DNA from: Octopus sinensis
Lineage: Eukaryota
NCBI RefSeq assembly: GCF_006345805.1
Contig: NC_043021.1
Location: 1,116,001-1,180,000, forward strand
DNA: 64,000 bases
Direction of reading: 5' to 3'
The position numbers and the translations under genes are program-made. The notes under the pieces are model-generated. The model was given only the letters and a program-made list of their open reading frames with translations. It searched no databases and was not told the origin of the DNA. Positions 1 to 11,239 of this stretch are shown piece after piece (the stretch's first letter is position 1; the number at the start of each line of letters is the position of its first letter).

Positions 1-170
1 GGAATATCAGAAGTAACAACTAAATTTCCTTCCCATCACGTCCTACATTCTTAAAAAAAATGCTCAGTAACATGGCCCTGAAGTTCCTGCAGAAAATGTA
101 GAGCGATTGCCAATGGAATGCCTTTGATTATAGGTCTGTTGGATCAAGCTTAGCACGGGGCTAAATAACA
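1..170. mobile_element. SINE-like interspersed repeat fragment
   Basis: Resembles a common octopus SINE body (GATCAAGC..GACCTATAATCAAAGGCATTCCA); recognised from memory only. Confidence 0.35.
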
Positions 171-431
171 GTGAACATCAGTGATTTCAACAGCACTGTA
201 ATGCACCATACAAGTTTACTCTCCTATGTTGCACATCAGCGGTCTTTACGAGAGAGCCTTATTCCTCTGATGGTCTCTCTCCACTTTTCAGAGCATCTAC
301 CACTACTAACACCTCTACTACACCAATACCACTGCACTGCACTATCTTACATTGTTTTAAATGTTTACACCATCAAAGAAATGTTAAAGAAAGATGTTGA
401 AAAAAAGATGGGAGGTGGGTACTCAACAAAC

Positions 432-590
432 CTGAAAATATATCTGTTAGGTAGAGGGGGTCCTTTACTGACCGGATACCACCAATTAGAAGGAAAATGT
501 CCAAATCTTGAGCTGACAGTCCAGCAGGAATGTGATTGTGTGCCTTCAGGTATTCTGGCAGGGAAAAGTCTGATGGATATGTTTCAACAG
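432..590 (-). CDS. GLT1D1: GLT1D1-like coding exon 6 (VETYPSDFSLPEYLKAHNHIPAGLSAQDLDIFLLIGGIRSVKDPLYLTDIFS); gene continues beyond the left edge
   Basis: Acceptor gtttttattttag, donor TCAG|gtttgt. 159 nt, phase 1 to 1. IFLLIGGIRSVKDPLYLTDIFS matches [22 protein letters not shown]. Confidence 0.93.
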
Positions 591-691
591 CTAAAATAAA
601 AAACACATTTATATAGAGAGATATTTTGTAGTTCATAATTATGTGCATATATATATATATATATGTGTGTGCGTGTATTATACATATATGT

Positions 692-753
<62 letters not shown>

Positions 754-3329
754 CACATACTCATATCTACAGGCTTTTATAGATGTGTGTGTTGATTTAT
801 AGTTGAGTACTTTTAAAGTACTTCAAGTTCTTCATTGAATTGCAATCATCAGATGGCATTTCACCTAAAGAATATTTTCAATACTGATGACTTTTCACAA
901 TTTCATGGGCAGCGAATTTTAAGCTTCCAGCTGATCCTGGTTACATAGATCAATTGAGCACTAAATAGTTTCACTAGATTGACCTTATATTAATGCACAA
1001 CATTAGCAACAGATTAATTGAGGATACAATCACATTTGGCTTCTGGAGTGTTTTTCCAAAGTATCCCCCCTAAATGTACTCAATATAATTCTTCAGACAT
1101 TTTTTTAAGCATTTACAAAATGAACTTGAATCTGATTAGCAATTTTGCACTGTTGATAACTGGGTGAAAGTGGTCTTTAATTAGTGTTACTAATTAGATG
1201 GAAGTTACTTTAAATCAGAGCAAAAAATGCTTCTTGTGGGTTCTACATTTAAGTTGCATGGAGAGATTCATAAGATTACATTGTTTTTTATATTTGTGCT
1301 GAAGTTGCTCATTGTAAACAAAAAAAACAAAACTTTTGAAGCAACAGAAAAGGAGTCAGTTTTAAGAACAAAACAAAAAAAAAACATACTGTTTGGAATA
1401 TGGAATACTTTGGAAACATAAAACAAATGCGTGCATAATGTAGAAGGTGCTTCCTATCCTCGATGCACAGAGTGTCATAACATGGTGTTCGACTTTCAAC
1501 ACTTTCTAATTTCTGGCTTTAAAATCAAGCAAAAGAAAAGCAAGGCAGTGAACAGTAAAGTGCAGAGGGAAGTGGGGAACTGGCCATTGCAGCTGGTGAA
1601 GGTTACAAGCGGGGTAAGCTTAAGTTGAAGGAATAAAAGAACCCAGACATTCCCAGATTTTTTGATAGCTTTTGCAAATAATCATAGCTAATCCTGACTG
1701 TCTTGGTTGAGAGACATAGACAACTACATGCCTTGTTACAAATCTAAAGGCTGGATAATTCTGTCAAGTAATGCAAAAAAAAAAAAATGTAGATGTTAAG
1801 GTTTCCAATGGTGATGGTTGATGAATCGAAGTAGATGTAAATTATTATTATTTATTGTATGAGATCAAAGGAATGGCAGAGCTTAACGAGTGTTACATCT
1901 TGTACATTGTGGGGAAGTGACAAAATGAAAAGAAGAATGAAAACTTGATGAGAGGTAAAGGGTAGGCATGGAAACAGAAAAAAAGCAGAGAAATTCTGAA
2001 TGAAATTTTAAAGTGATATTGAGAAGGACAATAAATTGGATATTGTCAATGGTGTCTGTGTTGTTAAATGGAGAATTAATATTATGGGATTAAAACTTCA
2101 ATGAGGGAAGGACACTAATGCTGAAGATGGGTTACATGAGATAACACCATTGTTATTAAATAGAATCAGATGGAAGAGAAATGCTAGCAATACTTAAGAG
2201 TAATATATGAAGGAATTAGGTTTAATAAATATATCACTTATGTGATATATATCATGTTAGGAGTAATATATGAAGGAGTTACAGCAGGTCTAGCAGCTGT
2301 GTGACTTATATTTAATTTCTAATCATATAAATACCCTTTGAGTAGAGTATATGAATTTGTGTGTTTGTGTGTAGCATGGTCTGCAAGCATAGGACACCGT
2401 TGTAACAGTGTTTAGTTACTACTCAGAGAGGATGAAAATCATAAGAGGCAGGATTGTGTGGTTGGCTGCTTCACAACTACACAATTCTTAGTGCAATCAT
2501 ACTGTGTGGCCTCTTGGCCAAATGGCTTCAACCAAAGGTTAACCATTACTACATGGCAGAATCTGGTGGGTGTGGGTGCCGTGGTCCATTTTCTGTGCTT
2601 GAATGGGCAGAGAAAGATTTTCTATAGTCTGACACTATTCCTGTCATCCCCTCCTCACTCTGCCATCATCCCTGTCTTTTGAATATGAAGGGAACAGTAG
2701 CCAAACATGGAAAACTGCAAACTCGTGACATTTTGTACAAGGATGACACCAAACATAACCACGCACACTTACAAATACATAACCACACACACATACAAAT
2801 ACATAACCACACACACACAATTACCTGTACAAACAGTCATATACGTGTGTGGTGGTGGGGGGTAAGCATGCAGAGATGCTGCTCAATGTAGAAAACACTT
2901 TGTAGTGCTCAAAGGATTTGAACTTACACTCAGAAATCTTTATTGACGACCAAGTGTGTGAGGATAAATAGTGGCTCGAAGAGGAATCCAGGTGAGCTGA
3001 CAAACAGATAAACATGCTTAGGCATGATACATAAAATATACATACATATAGACATGTAAATACACACACACACACACATATACATATATAGTTTCAGTGT
3101 GTGTTTCTCTCTCTTTATGTATCCTGCAAACTTTTTCTTTCTGATGTGCTACTCACATGACCAGTAAAACATACTTCTCCTCCATTCTTGATAATGATTT
3201 CTATGATTAACATAAAATCACACATTTAGGAAAAAGCATTTGTGGTAGATTTGTGAGGTGTAATACCTATGAAAGTCTGTCATATCTCCCGTTTTAGTAA
3301 AAATAAATGTGGACAAAAAGGACACTTGT

Positions 3330-3730
3330 CTCCCATAACTCTCAACTTGTATGATGTGTAAACATCATACAAGTATATGCTTCTACACCAAGACATGGAA
3401 ATGAGGAGATAGAATTCTAACAAATTAAAAATGCAATATAATACACCAAAATTAAAGAAACTACAATTATAAAGTAAGATTTTAGAGCATAAGCTGGAAG
3501 GTCAACATGAATGATGGGAAGAAACCAAAGACGTGACAGAATGATCCGTTTTTGTGAAAGCAGCACTAAAACCAATACGTGTGGAAGAGTAGAGGCCAGA
3601 ACAAAGATACAAACTCTATAAACGGCAAATAGAAAACCTAGAAAAATGTGGATGGATGACAAGAACTGGACAGACCGAAAACACAGTGAGTGTATAGTGA
3701 GTAGACAAGAGAGACTGAGAAGAGGATGGT
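3330..3730 (+). pseudogene. Old, internally deleted RTE-like LINE remnant (APE endonuclease piece joined to the ORF 3' end)
   Basis: Reads IIQVYASTPRHGNEEIEF*QIKNAI*YTKIKETTIIK*DFRA (QVYAP..EEFY..GDFNA motif), then RKPRKMWMDD. Confidence 0.5.
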
Positions 3731-3958
3731 TGAAAGTATATGATACCTGAGGATAACAATTAATTAAACAAGACTCTAGTAAATCATCATCATCATCATC
3801 ATTTAACGTCCGCTTTCCATGCTAGCATGGGTTGGACGGTTCAACTGGGGTCTGGGGAGCCCGAAAGCTGCACCAGTCCAGTCAGATCTGGCAGTGTTTC
3901 TACAGCTGGATGCCCTTCCTAACGCCAACCAATCCAAGAGTGTAGTGGGTGATTTTAT

Positions 3959-4268
3959 GTGCCACCGACACAGGTGCCAGACGAGGCTGGCAAACGGCCA
4001 CGCTCGGATGGTGTTTTTTATGTGCCACCGACACAGGTGCCAGACGAGGCTGGCAGACGGCCACGCTCGGATGGTGTTTTTATGTGCCACCGACACAGGT
4101 GCCAGACGAGGCTGGCAGACGGCCACGCTCGGATGGTGTTTTTATGTGCCACCGACACAGGTGCCAGACGAGGCTGGCAGACGGCCACGCTCGGATGGTG
4201 TTTTTATGTGCCACCGACACAGGTGCCAGATGAGGCTGGCAAACGGCCACGATCGGATGGTGCTTGTT
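3959..4268. repeat. 62-bp tandem repeat, 5 near-identical copies
   Basis: GTGCCACCGACACAGG starts at about 3959, 4022, 4084, 4146 and 4208. Confidence 0.95.
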
Positions 4269-6195
4269 ACGTGCCCACAGCACGGAGGCCAGTCGATTCG
4301 GTACTGGCTACGGCCATGTTCGGATGGTTTTCTTATGTGCCACGTGCCACCGGCACTGGTACCACAAAGATACAAATTCCATTGATGTTCATCTATTTTG
4401 ATTTGTTTTGATTTTCACTTGTCTCAACAGGTCTTCACAAGTGTCACAAGAAGGAAGGTATGCACAGGTGGACTGACTACGTCCCAGGTAGGGCCCACGG
4501 GTTATGACCTGACTAGTCTTGCCGGGTCTTCGGATGGTGTTTTTATGTGCCACCGACACAGGTGCTAGATGAGGCTGGCGAACGGCCACGATCGGATGGT
4601 GTTTGTCATGTGCCCACCGCACTGACTACGGCACTGATGGATTCTTGTGTGCCACAGGCACTGGTACCACAAGATACAAATTCCATTGATGTTCATCTAT
4701 TTTGTCTATTTTGATTTGATTTTGATTTTCACTTGCCTCAACCGGTCTTCACAAGTGTCACAAGAAGGAAGGTATGCACAGGTGGACTGACTAGTCTTGC
4801 CGGGTCTTCGGAAGGTGTTTTTATGTGCCACCGACACAGGTGCCAGATGAGGCTGGCGAACGGCCATGATCGGATGGTGTTTGTTTCGTGCCCACAGCAC
4901 GGAGGCCGGTCGATGCGGAACTGGCTACGGCCACGTTCGGATGGTTCTCTTGTGTGCCACCGGCACTGGTACCACAAAGTGTGTGCCACCGGCACTGGTA
5001 CCACAAAGATACAGATTCCATTGATGTTCATCTATTTTGATTTGTTTTGATTTGATTTTCACTTGCCTCAACAGGTCTTCACAAGTGTCACAAGAAGGAA
5101 GGTATGCACAGGTGGACTGACTACGTCCCAGGTAGGGGCCATGGGTTATGGCCTGACTAGTCTTGCCGGGTCTTCGGATGGTGTTTTTATGTGCCACCGA
5201 CACAGGTGCTAGATGAGGCTGGCGAACAGCCACGATCGGATGGTGTTTGTCATGTGCCCACAGCACGGAGGCCAGTCGATGCGGTACTGGCTACGGCCAC
5301 TTTCGGATGGTTTTCTCTTGTGTGCCACCGGCACTGGTACCACAAAGATACAAATTCCATTGATGTTCATCTATTTTGATTTGATTTTGATTTTCACTTG
5401 CCTCAACAGGCCTTCACAAGTATCACAAGGAGGAAGGTATGCACAGGTGGACTGACTACGTCCCAGGTAGGGGCCATGGTTTATGGCCTGACTAGTCTTG
5501 CCGGGTCTTCGGAAGGTGTTTTTATGTGCCACCGACACAGGTGCTAGATGAGGCTGGCGAACGGCCACGACCGGATGGTGTTTGTTATGTGCCCACAGCA
5601 CGATGGCCAGTGATGCGGTACTGACTACGGCCATGTTCGGATGGATTCTTGTGTGCCACCGGCACTGGTACCACAAGCGGTACTGACTACGGCCACGTTC
5701 GGATGGATTCTTGTGTGCCACCGGCACTGGTACCACAAGGATACAAATTCCATTGATGTTCATCTATTTTGATTTGTTTTGATTTGATCTGATTTTCACT
5801 TGCCTCAGCAGGTCTTCACAAGTGTCACAAGAAGGAAGGTATGTACAGGTGGACTGACTACGTCCCAGGTAGGGCCCACGGGTTATGACCTGACTAGTCT
5901 TGCCGGGTCTTCGGATGGTGTTTTTATGTGCCACCATGTTCCCACAGCACGGAGGCCAGTCGATGCGGTACTGGCTACGGCCACGTTCGGATGGTTTTCT
6001 TGTGTGCCACAGGCACTGGTACCACAAAGATACAAATTCCATTGATGTTCATCTATTTTGATTGATTTATTTTGATTGATTTTCACTTGCCTCAGCAGGT
6101 CTTCACAAGTGTCACAAGAAGGAAGGTATGCACAGGTGGATCGACTACGTCCCAGGTAGGGGCCACGGGATATGGCCTGACTAGTCCTGCCGGGT
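4200..6195. repeat. Six tandem copies (289-393 bp) of the RTE stop-codon/3' UTR segment
   Basis: GATACA(A/G)ATTCCATTGATG at 4369, 4673, 5008, 5347, 5740 and 6029, with the same junction ACTAGTCTTGCCGGGTC|TTCGGA in each added copy. Confidence 0.93.
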
Positions 6196-7564
6196 CCTCT
6201 CATGCACAGCACACTTCCATAGGACTCGGTCTTCAGTCATTTCCTTGGTGAGACCTAAAGTTCGATGGTCGTGCTTCACCACCTCGTCCCAGGTTTTCCT
6301 GGGTCTACCTCTTCCACAGGTTCCCTCAACTGCTAGGGTGTAGCACTTTTGCACACAACTATCTTCAGCCATTCTCGTCACATGACCATACCAGCGCAGC
6401 CGTCTCTCTTGCACACCACAACTGACACTTCTTAGGTTCAACTTTTCTCTCAAAGTACTTACACTCTGACGATTATGAACACTGACATTACACATCCATC
6501 GGAGCATACTGGCTTCATTTCTTGCAAGCTTACGCATATCCTCAGCTGTCACGGCCCATGTTTCACTACCATGTAGCATGGCTGTACGTACACACGCATC
6601 ATATAGTCTGCCTTTTACTCTTAGCGAGAGGCCTTTTGTCACCAGCAGGGGTAAGAGCTCTCTAAACTTTGCCCAGGCTATTCTTACTCTAGCAGTTACA
6701 CTTTCAGCACACCCACCCCCGCTACTGACTTGGTCTCCTAGGTAGCGGAAGCTATCAACTACTTCTAGTTTGTCTCCCTGGAATGTGGTAGAAGTTGGTC
6801 TCTGCACATTCCAGTGTTTATTTCTCCTGAGCATCTGCCACAGACAAAAACTATTTTCTTAGTTAGCCTTCCTTTGACATTGCTGCACCTCTTATGTGTC
6901 CATAGCTTACACTTGGTGCACCTTATAGAGTTTCTACCTACACCTTTTTTACAGATCGAGCAGGGCCATCTACCTGAAGTTTGTGGTTGGTCCACCTTCC
7001 TACTTATTAGGACTTTGGTTTTGGCTAGGTTGATTCTAAGGCCCTTCGATTCTAATCCTTGTTTCCACACCTGAAACTTCTCCTCCAGTTCTGATAGTGA
7101 CTCAGCAATTAGAGCAAGGTCATCAGCATATAGGAGCTCCCAGGGGCATCCTGTCTTAAATTCTTCCGTTTTTGCCTGGAGGACTATGATAAATAGGAGG
7201 GGGCTGAGGACTGAACCTTGGTGGACCCCAACCTCTACCCGGAATTCTTCACTGTACTCGTTGCCAACCCTCACCTTACTAGCTGCGTCTCTGTACATGG
7301 CTCGCACAGCTCTCACTAACCATTCATCTATCCCTAGTTTCCTCATTGACCACCAGATAAGGGATCGGGGGACCCTGTCAAAGGCTTTCTCTAAGTCAAC
7401 AAAAGCCAGGTACAAGGGCTTACCTTTGGCTAGGTATTTCTCCTGCAGCTGTCTTACCAGGAATATAGCATCAGTAGTACTTTTCCCTGGCACAAACCCA
7501 AACTGCATATCATCTAAGCTAACTCTCTCTCTAATTAACTGGGCTATAACCCTCTCCGTAACCT
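6181..7564 (-). pseudogene. RTE reverse transcriptase C-terminal half with inserted PHD-like finger
   Basis: Motifs QFGFVPG, FVDLEKAFD, GVHQGSVLSP, LLYADD, FRYLG, RRLRWYGHV, GRGRPRKTW. Confidence 0.92.
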
Positions 7565-7825
7565 CCGTGACTGGAACTATTTAATCAAGGTGGAAAGTTG
7601 AACAAAAAAAATTAATTATTAATGTTTTCGATCTGAGTTCCTCATGCATTAAATACATGTAAAAGACATTTTCAATTATTTCTGTTGACTAAACATATAA
7701 AACCGATTTCACTTGAATAGTGTGTAGATGTATAGTGCGTGCGTGGGTTCATTAAAGAATGTATAATGTGTGTTGATTGGATACTGGATAGCAGAGTGCT
7801 AATTGGATATATGTACACAATGTAT

Positions 7826-8039
7826 TTGCCAGCCCCGCCTGGCACCTGTGCAGGTTGGCACGTAAAAAGCACCCACTACACTCACGGAGTGGTTGGCGTT
7901 AGGAAGGGCATCCAGCTGTAGAAACATTGCCAGATTAGACTGGAGCCTGGTGCAGCCTTCTGGCTTCCCAGAACCCCGGTCGAACCGTCCAACCCATGCT
8001 AGCATGGAGAACGGACGTTAAACGACGATGATGATGATG
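7826..8039 (+). mobile_element. RTE 3'-end fragment (LINE tail or SINE tail) with (GAT)n
   Basis: Nearly identical to the reverse complement of 3784-3960. Confidence 0.9.
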
Positions 8040-8269
8040 TATAGATGTTGGTTGAATAGATATATAGGCCCAAAATATGGTTCATGTTGAGTAGGAAGTA
8101 GATAGAGAATGTGTGGAGTTTGGATAAACAGTGATTACCTGTTGACTGAATAGAGAGACAGACACAGTGAGTAGCTGTTGGAGAGATAAATACATAGACA
8201 CAGAGTGTAGAAGTTGGCTAACAGACAGACATAGCATGTACACGTTGACTGAATAGACACAAAAGAGAT

Positions 8270-8651
8270 GGGATAGACAGGTAACAAGGTGAAGATGTTG
8301 ATGAGACAGACAGGTAACAAGGTGTAGATGTTGATGGGACAGACAGGTAACAAGGTGTAGATGTTGATGGGACAGACAGGTAACAAGGTGTAGATGTTGA
8401 TGGGACAGACACGTAACAAGGTGTAGATGTTGATGGGACAGACAGGTAACAAGGTGTAGATGTTGATGGGACAGACAGGTAACAAGGTGTAGATGTTGAT
8501 GGGACAGACAGGTAACAAGGTGTAGATGTTGATGGGACAGACACGTAACAAGGTGTAGATGTTGATGGGACAGACAGGTAACAAGGTGTAGATGTTGATG
8601 GGACAGACAGGTAACAAGGTGTAGATGTTGATGGGACAGACAGGTAACAAG
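8270..8651. repeat. 33-bp minisatellite, about 11.5 copies
   Basis: Unit ACAGACAGGTAACAAGGTGTAGATGTTGATGGG. Confidence 0.95.
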
Positions 8652-8864
8652 ACTTTGAGGGTATAAGGAATATTACTAGTTTTATAGCATCAAAATGAAA
8701 TAGTGACCCAGCTGATCCAAATTTAGAATGGATAAGATGGCAGCCAACCAATAACCCTTAATCAGTTAGATTCTAATATTTTTATACATTTGTTTGTCAT
8801 TACTGTTACATGGCAGGGAGGTATTAAATATTAGGGACCAGGTTCTAAAACAGATGATAGGTAC

Positions 8865-8904
8865 CTTGAGGGATAGATATAAATATCCCAGCATCTATGT
8901 TTTT
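8865..8904 (-). CDS. GLT1D1: GLT1D1-like coding exon 5 (KNIDAGIFISIPQ)
   Basis: Acceptor tttctattttaatttcag, donor CAAG|gtacct. 40 nt, phase 0 to 1, exactly bridging exons 4 and 6. Aligns to PHAKGKVYVQSQG. Confidence 0.85.
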
Positions 8905-9591
8905 CTGAAATTAAAATAGAAAATAGACATTTTACTTGTCTGCAATAATAAGGATTTTTGAATCATAGGGGCCAAATATTTAGAGAAGAAGAAATCACTA
9001 AATGACATCTGTGCCTTTGTCAAGAGCAATAGTGATGCGAGTGAAGTGAAAGAACTTCAACTGGGAATTCAACAGATTGAGAGGATGTCATCAGTCACTT
9101 CAGAACACTTACCATTTTTTTTCTCAAATATTAGAAAATCTTTGAATTGAACATGAAATTAGTTTCCAAAGGAAGCTAAGCAGAGCTGATGGAAATAATC
9201 TTAATGTGTTTTCTGTTGCTTATCTTAACAATTAGCGAAGGCTCTAAGTCACAGTTGACTCAGACAAGATTTAAATATGAAAGTATGACAAAATTAGATA
9301 CTTTAAAGAATCCAATTCACAAGACTGCTGCACTAATATCAGATTCTCTCCAATAATATCCACAACACACACACCCACCCACGTGTGTGTGTTAATAAAA
9401 GAATCAGAATTTAGATAAACACAATTCATTGAGAGCTTTCATTCCTTCTCCGGTATTCATCATGAATTATTGGGGCTGTTAAAAAATTTGCCTTTTTATA
9501 GAAATACGAGTTAGTTGAAAAAGGTCAAGAGTTTATCTTGTTTTCTTGGGTTTTGGGAAAGCAATGTTTGAGCTAATACAGTTCTATATTT

Positions 9592-9985
9592 AAGAGATGA
9601 GGAATTATGTACATTATTTACATTTGATGGATATTTGTCCTCAATTGTTCATTGTTAACACGTTTTGGCTGATATCCCCTCCAGCCTTCATCAGGTGTCT
9701 TGGGAAAATTTTGAACCTGGGTTCTTATTTCTAAGGTATTTTTCATTATTATTATTATTATTATCATTCAGGTCACTACCTGGAATCGAACTTGGAATCT
9801 TGGGGTTAATAGCCCACGCTCTTAACCACTATGCCATATGCCCATGGGCATATGGCGTAGTGGTTCGGAATTTCCCCAAGACAACTGATGAAGGCTGGAG
9901 GGTATATCAGCCGAAACATTGTGCTAATAACAAACAAGATGAGGACAAATATCTGTCAAATGTAAATAATGTAAATAAAGTGAAT
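9592..9985. mobile_element. Head-to-head palindromic tRNA-derived SINE carrying a hammerhead ribozyme motif in each arm
   Basis: Palindrome centred at 9844/9845. On the minus arm: A-box TGGCATAGTGG (9836-9826) and B-box GTTCGATTCC (9791-9782). Outer inverted arms (about 110 bp) each contain CTGATGA-AGGCTG..CAGCC-(G/A)AAAC. Confidence 0.75.
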
Positions 9986-10054
9986 GTTTAAGCTGTTCTT
10001 CATTTTGAATCTATGCGTGTGTGTGTGTGTAGTGAATTTTTAAACAAATTATTA

Positions 10055-10882
10055 AAGGGTGTTCCAGCTAAATTTGACAGTTTTCATAAAAGAGAAATAC
10101 CAAAAACACAATATCACATCAAAAAATAAAAGCATTTTAAGAAAAAATCAAAAAATATCAACTAGATTCTGGCTGAAAGATAAGAGGTTACTCAAAGTAG
10201 CTGCCATCAGCCTTTTGCAATGCATTCCTCACTGTCCATGGGAAGATATTTAAATGCCTCCTTGATTTTGGTCACCAGAGAGAGATTGGTGTGTTTTTCA
10301 ACCATGCCCCACACATAGTAATCCACTGGATTACAATCTTGGGAATTAGGAGGCTAGAAATTGGGGCCAGTGGAGGAGAGATGTTCCAACAACCAGTAAT
10401 TTCTAGAAGTATGGCAAGAGACTAGACCCTGCTGTCACACAGATGGCCTTCTAGCAGCAACTCTCTCCAGCCAGGGATTGACCACATTCTTCAGCAGCTT
10501 GACATAACCATCTGAATCAAGCCTAAGACCCTGTTCTGAAGTTGTTCGATTCCATTGTGCAAATGCAGTTAGAACACCTGCTGTGTCCCTCCTGGTCATA
10601 GCTTTGTAGTCTCCATTGCAGCCTTTACAGAGTCAACAGAGCATTGAGTAGCAGTCATGATGTCGGCATTTTGAGACCCAGCATCACGAATCATCATGAC
10701 ACAAGGAATTCTTTCCCAATATTCAGGTGGCTTCCAGTCCTTCATGTCAGCTAATTTTTCCTCAACTACAACCTTAATCAATGTTCTCCAGTACTGTTGA
10801 CAGTTAACCAAAACATCAATTTGAGTTGCTCCTCAGAAAAGGAGACACAAAAAAATCATGCAATTTAGTCTGAACACACTGC
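10055..10882 (-). mobile_element. Decayed IS630/Tc1/mariner-type DNA transposon
   Basis: Minus strand reads PNF*PPNSQDCNPVDYYVWGMVEKHT (WPPNSPDLNP.DY.VWG motif). Weak terminal inverted similarity GGGTGTTCCAGCTAAATT / CAGTGTGTTCAGACTAAATT. Confidence 0.75.
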
Positions 10883-11239
10883 ATATTAGAGTTTTGGAGA
10901 TTTGGTTAGAAAAGGAAGAAAAAAGATAAAGGTGTTTTCTGTGATAATTAATTTTATGACAGACTAAAAGAGGTCAAACTTTTTATTAATTGCAATGAAT
11001 TGTTGCTTTTAGTCATTAAATGGCTGATAAAGTTGTTGTTTTTTTATCACCTGTTCACTGGCTGATAAGGAATAGAATTCATCCAATTATTTAGAGAGGC
11101 ATTTTTTTGGAAGGAGAATCCACTTTTGAATTTTATATGAGATCCAGTATTCCTATATTTGAAATTGCTATTGCATATTCCACAATTTATTATCTCTGAA
11201 TCAAGCCTAAGGCCCTGTTCTGAAGTTGTTCAATTCATG

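Larger units (their letters stand above)
3784..7570 (-). mobile_element. 5'-truncated RTE-clade LINE (copy 1) with tandemly amplified 3' UTR and (GAT)n tail
   Basis: RT ORFs 6765-7508 and 6181-6834 joined by a one-base frameshift near 6811. 3' UTR runs to the (CAT)n tract at 3784. Lies in GLT1D1 intron 5, sense orientation. Confidence 0.93.

Noticed and set aside
171-599. Plus-strand 142-aa ORF
   Set aside because: It is the antisense shadow of GLT1D1 exon 6 plus intron, with no recognisable motif.
373-756. Minus-strand 127-aa ORF as a complete gene
   Set aside because: Only 432-590 is exon. The N-terminus is (TA)n intron sequence and the C-terminus reads through the donor.
1227-2300. Possible very old LINE endonuclease remnant (ILFGIWNT resembles IGTWNVRT)
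   Set aside because: A single weak motif; the downstream APE motifs were not recoverable.
3803-6045. Many overlapping 60-190-aa ORFs in the RTE UTR repeats
   Set aside because: They arise from GC-rich tandem repeats of non-coding LINE UTR.
8968-9150. Short plus-strand open frame (AKYLEKKKSLNDICAFVK..)
   Set aside because: No convincing splice sites or family motif, and it is antisense within a GLT1D1 intron.
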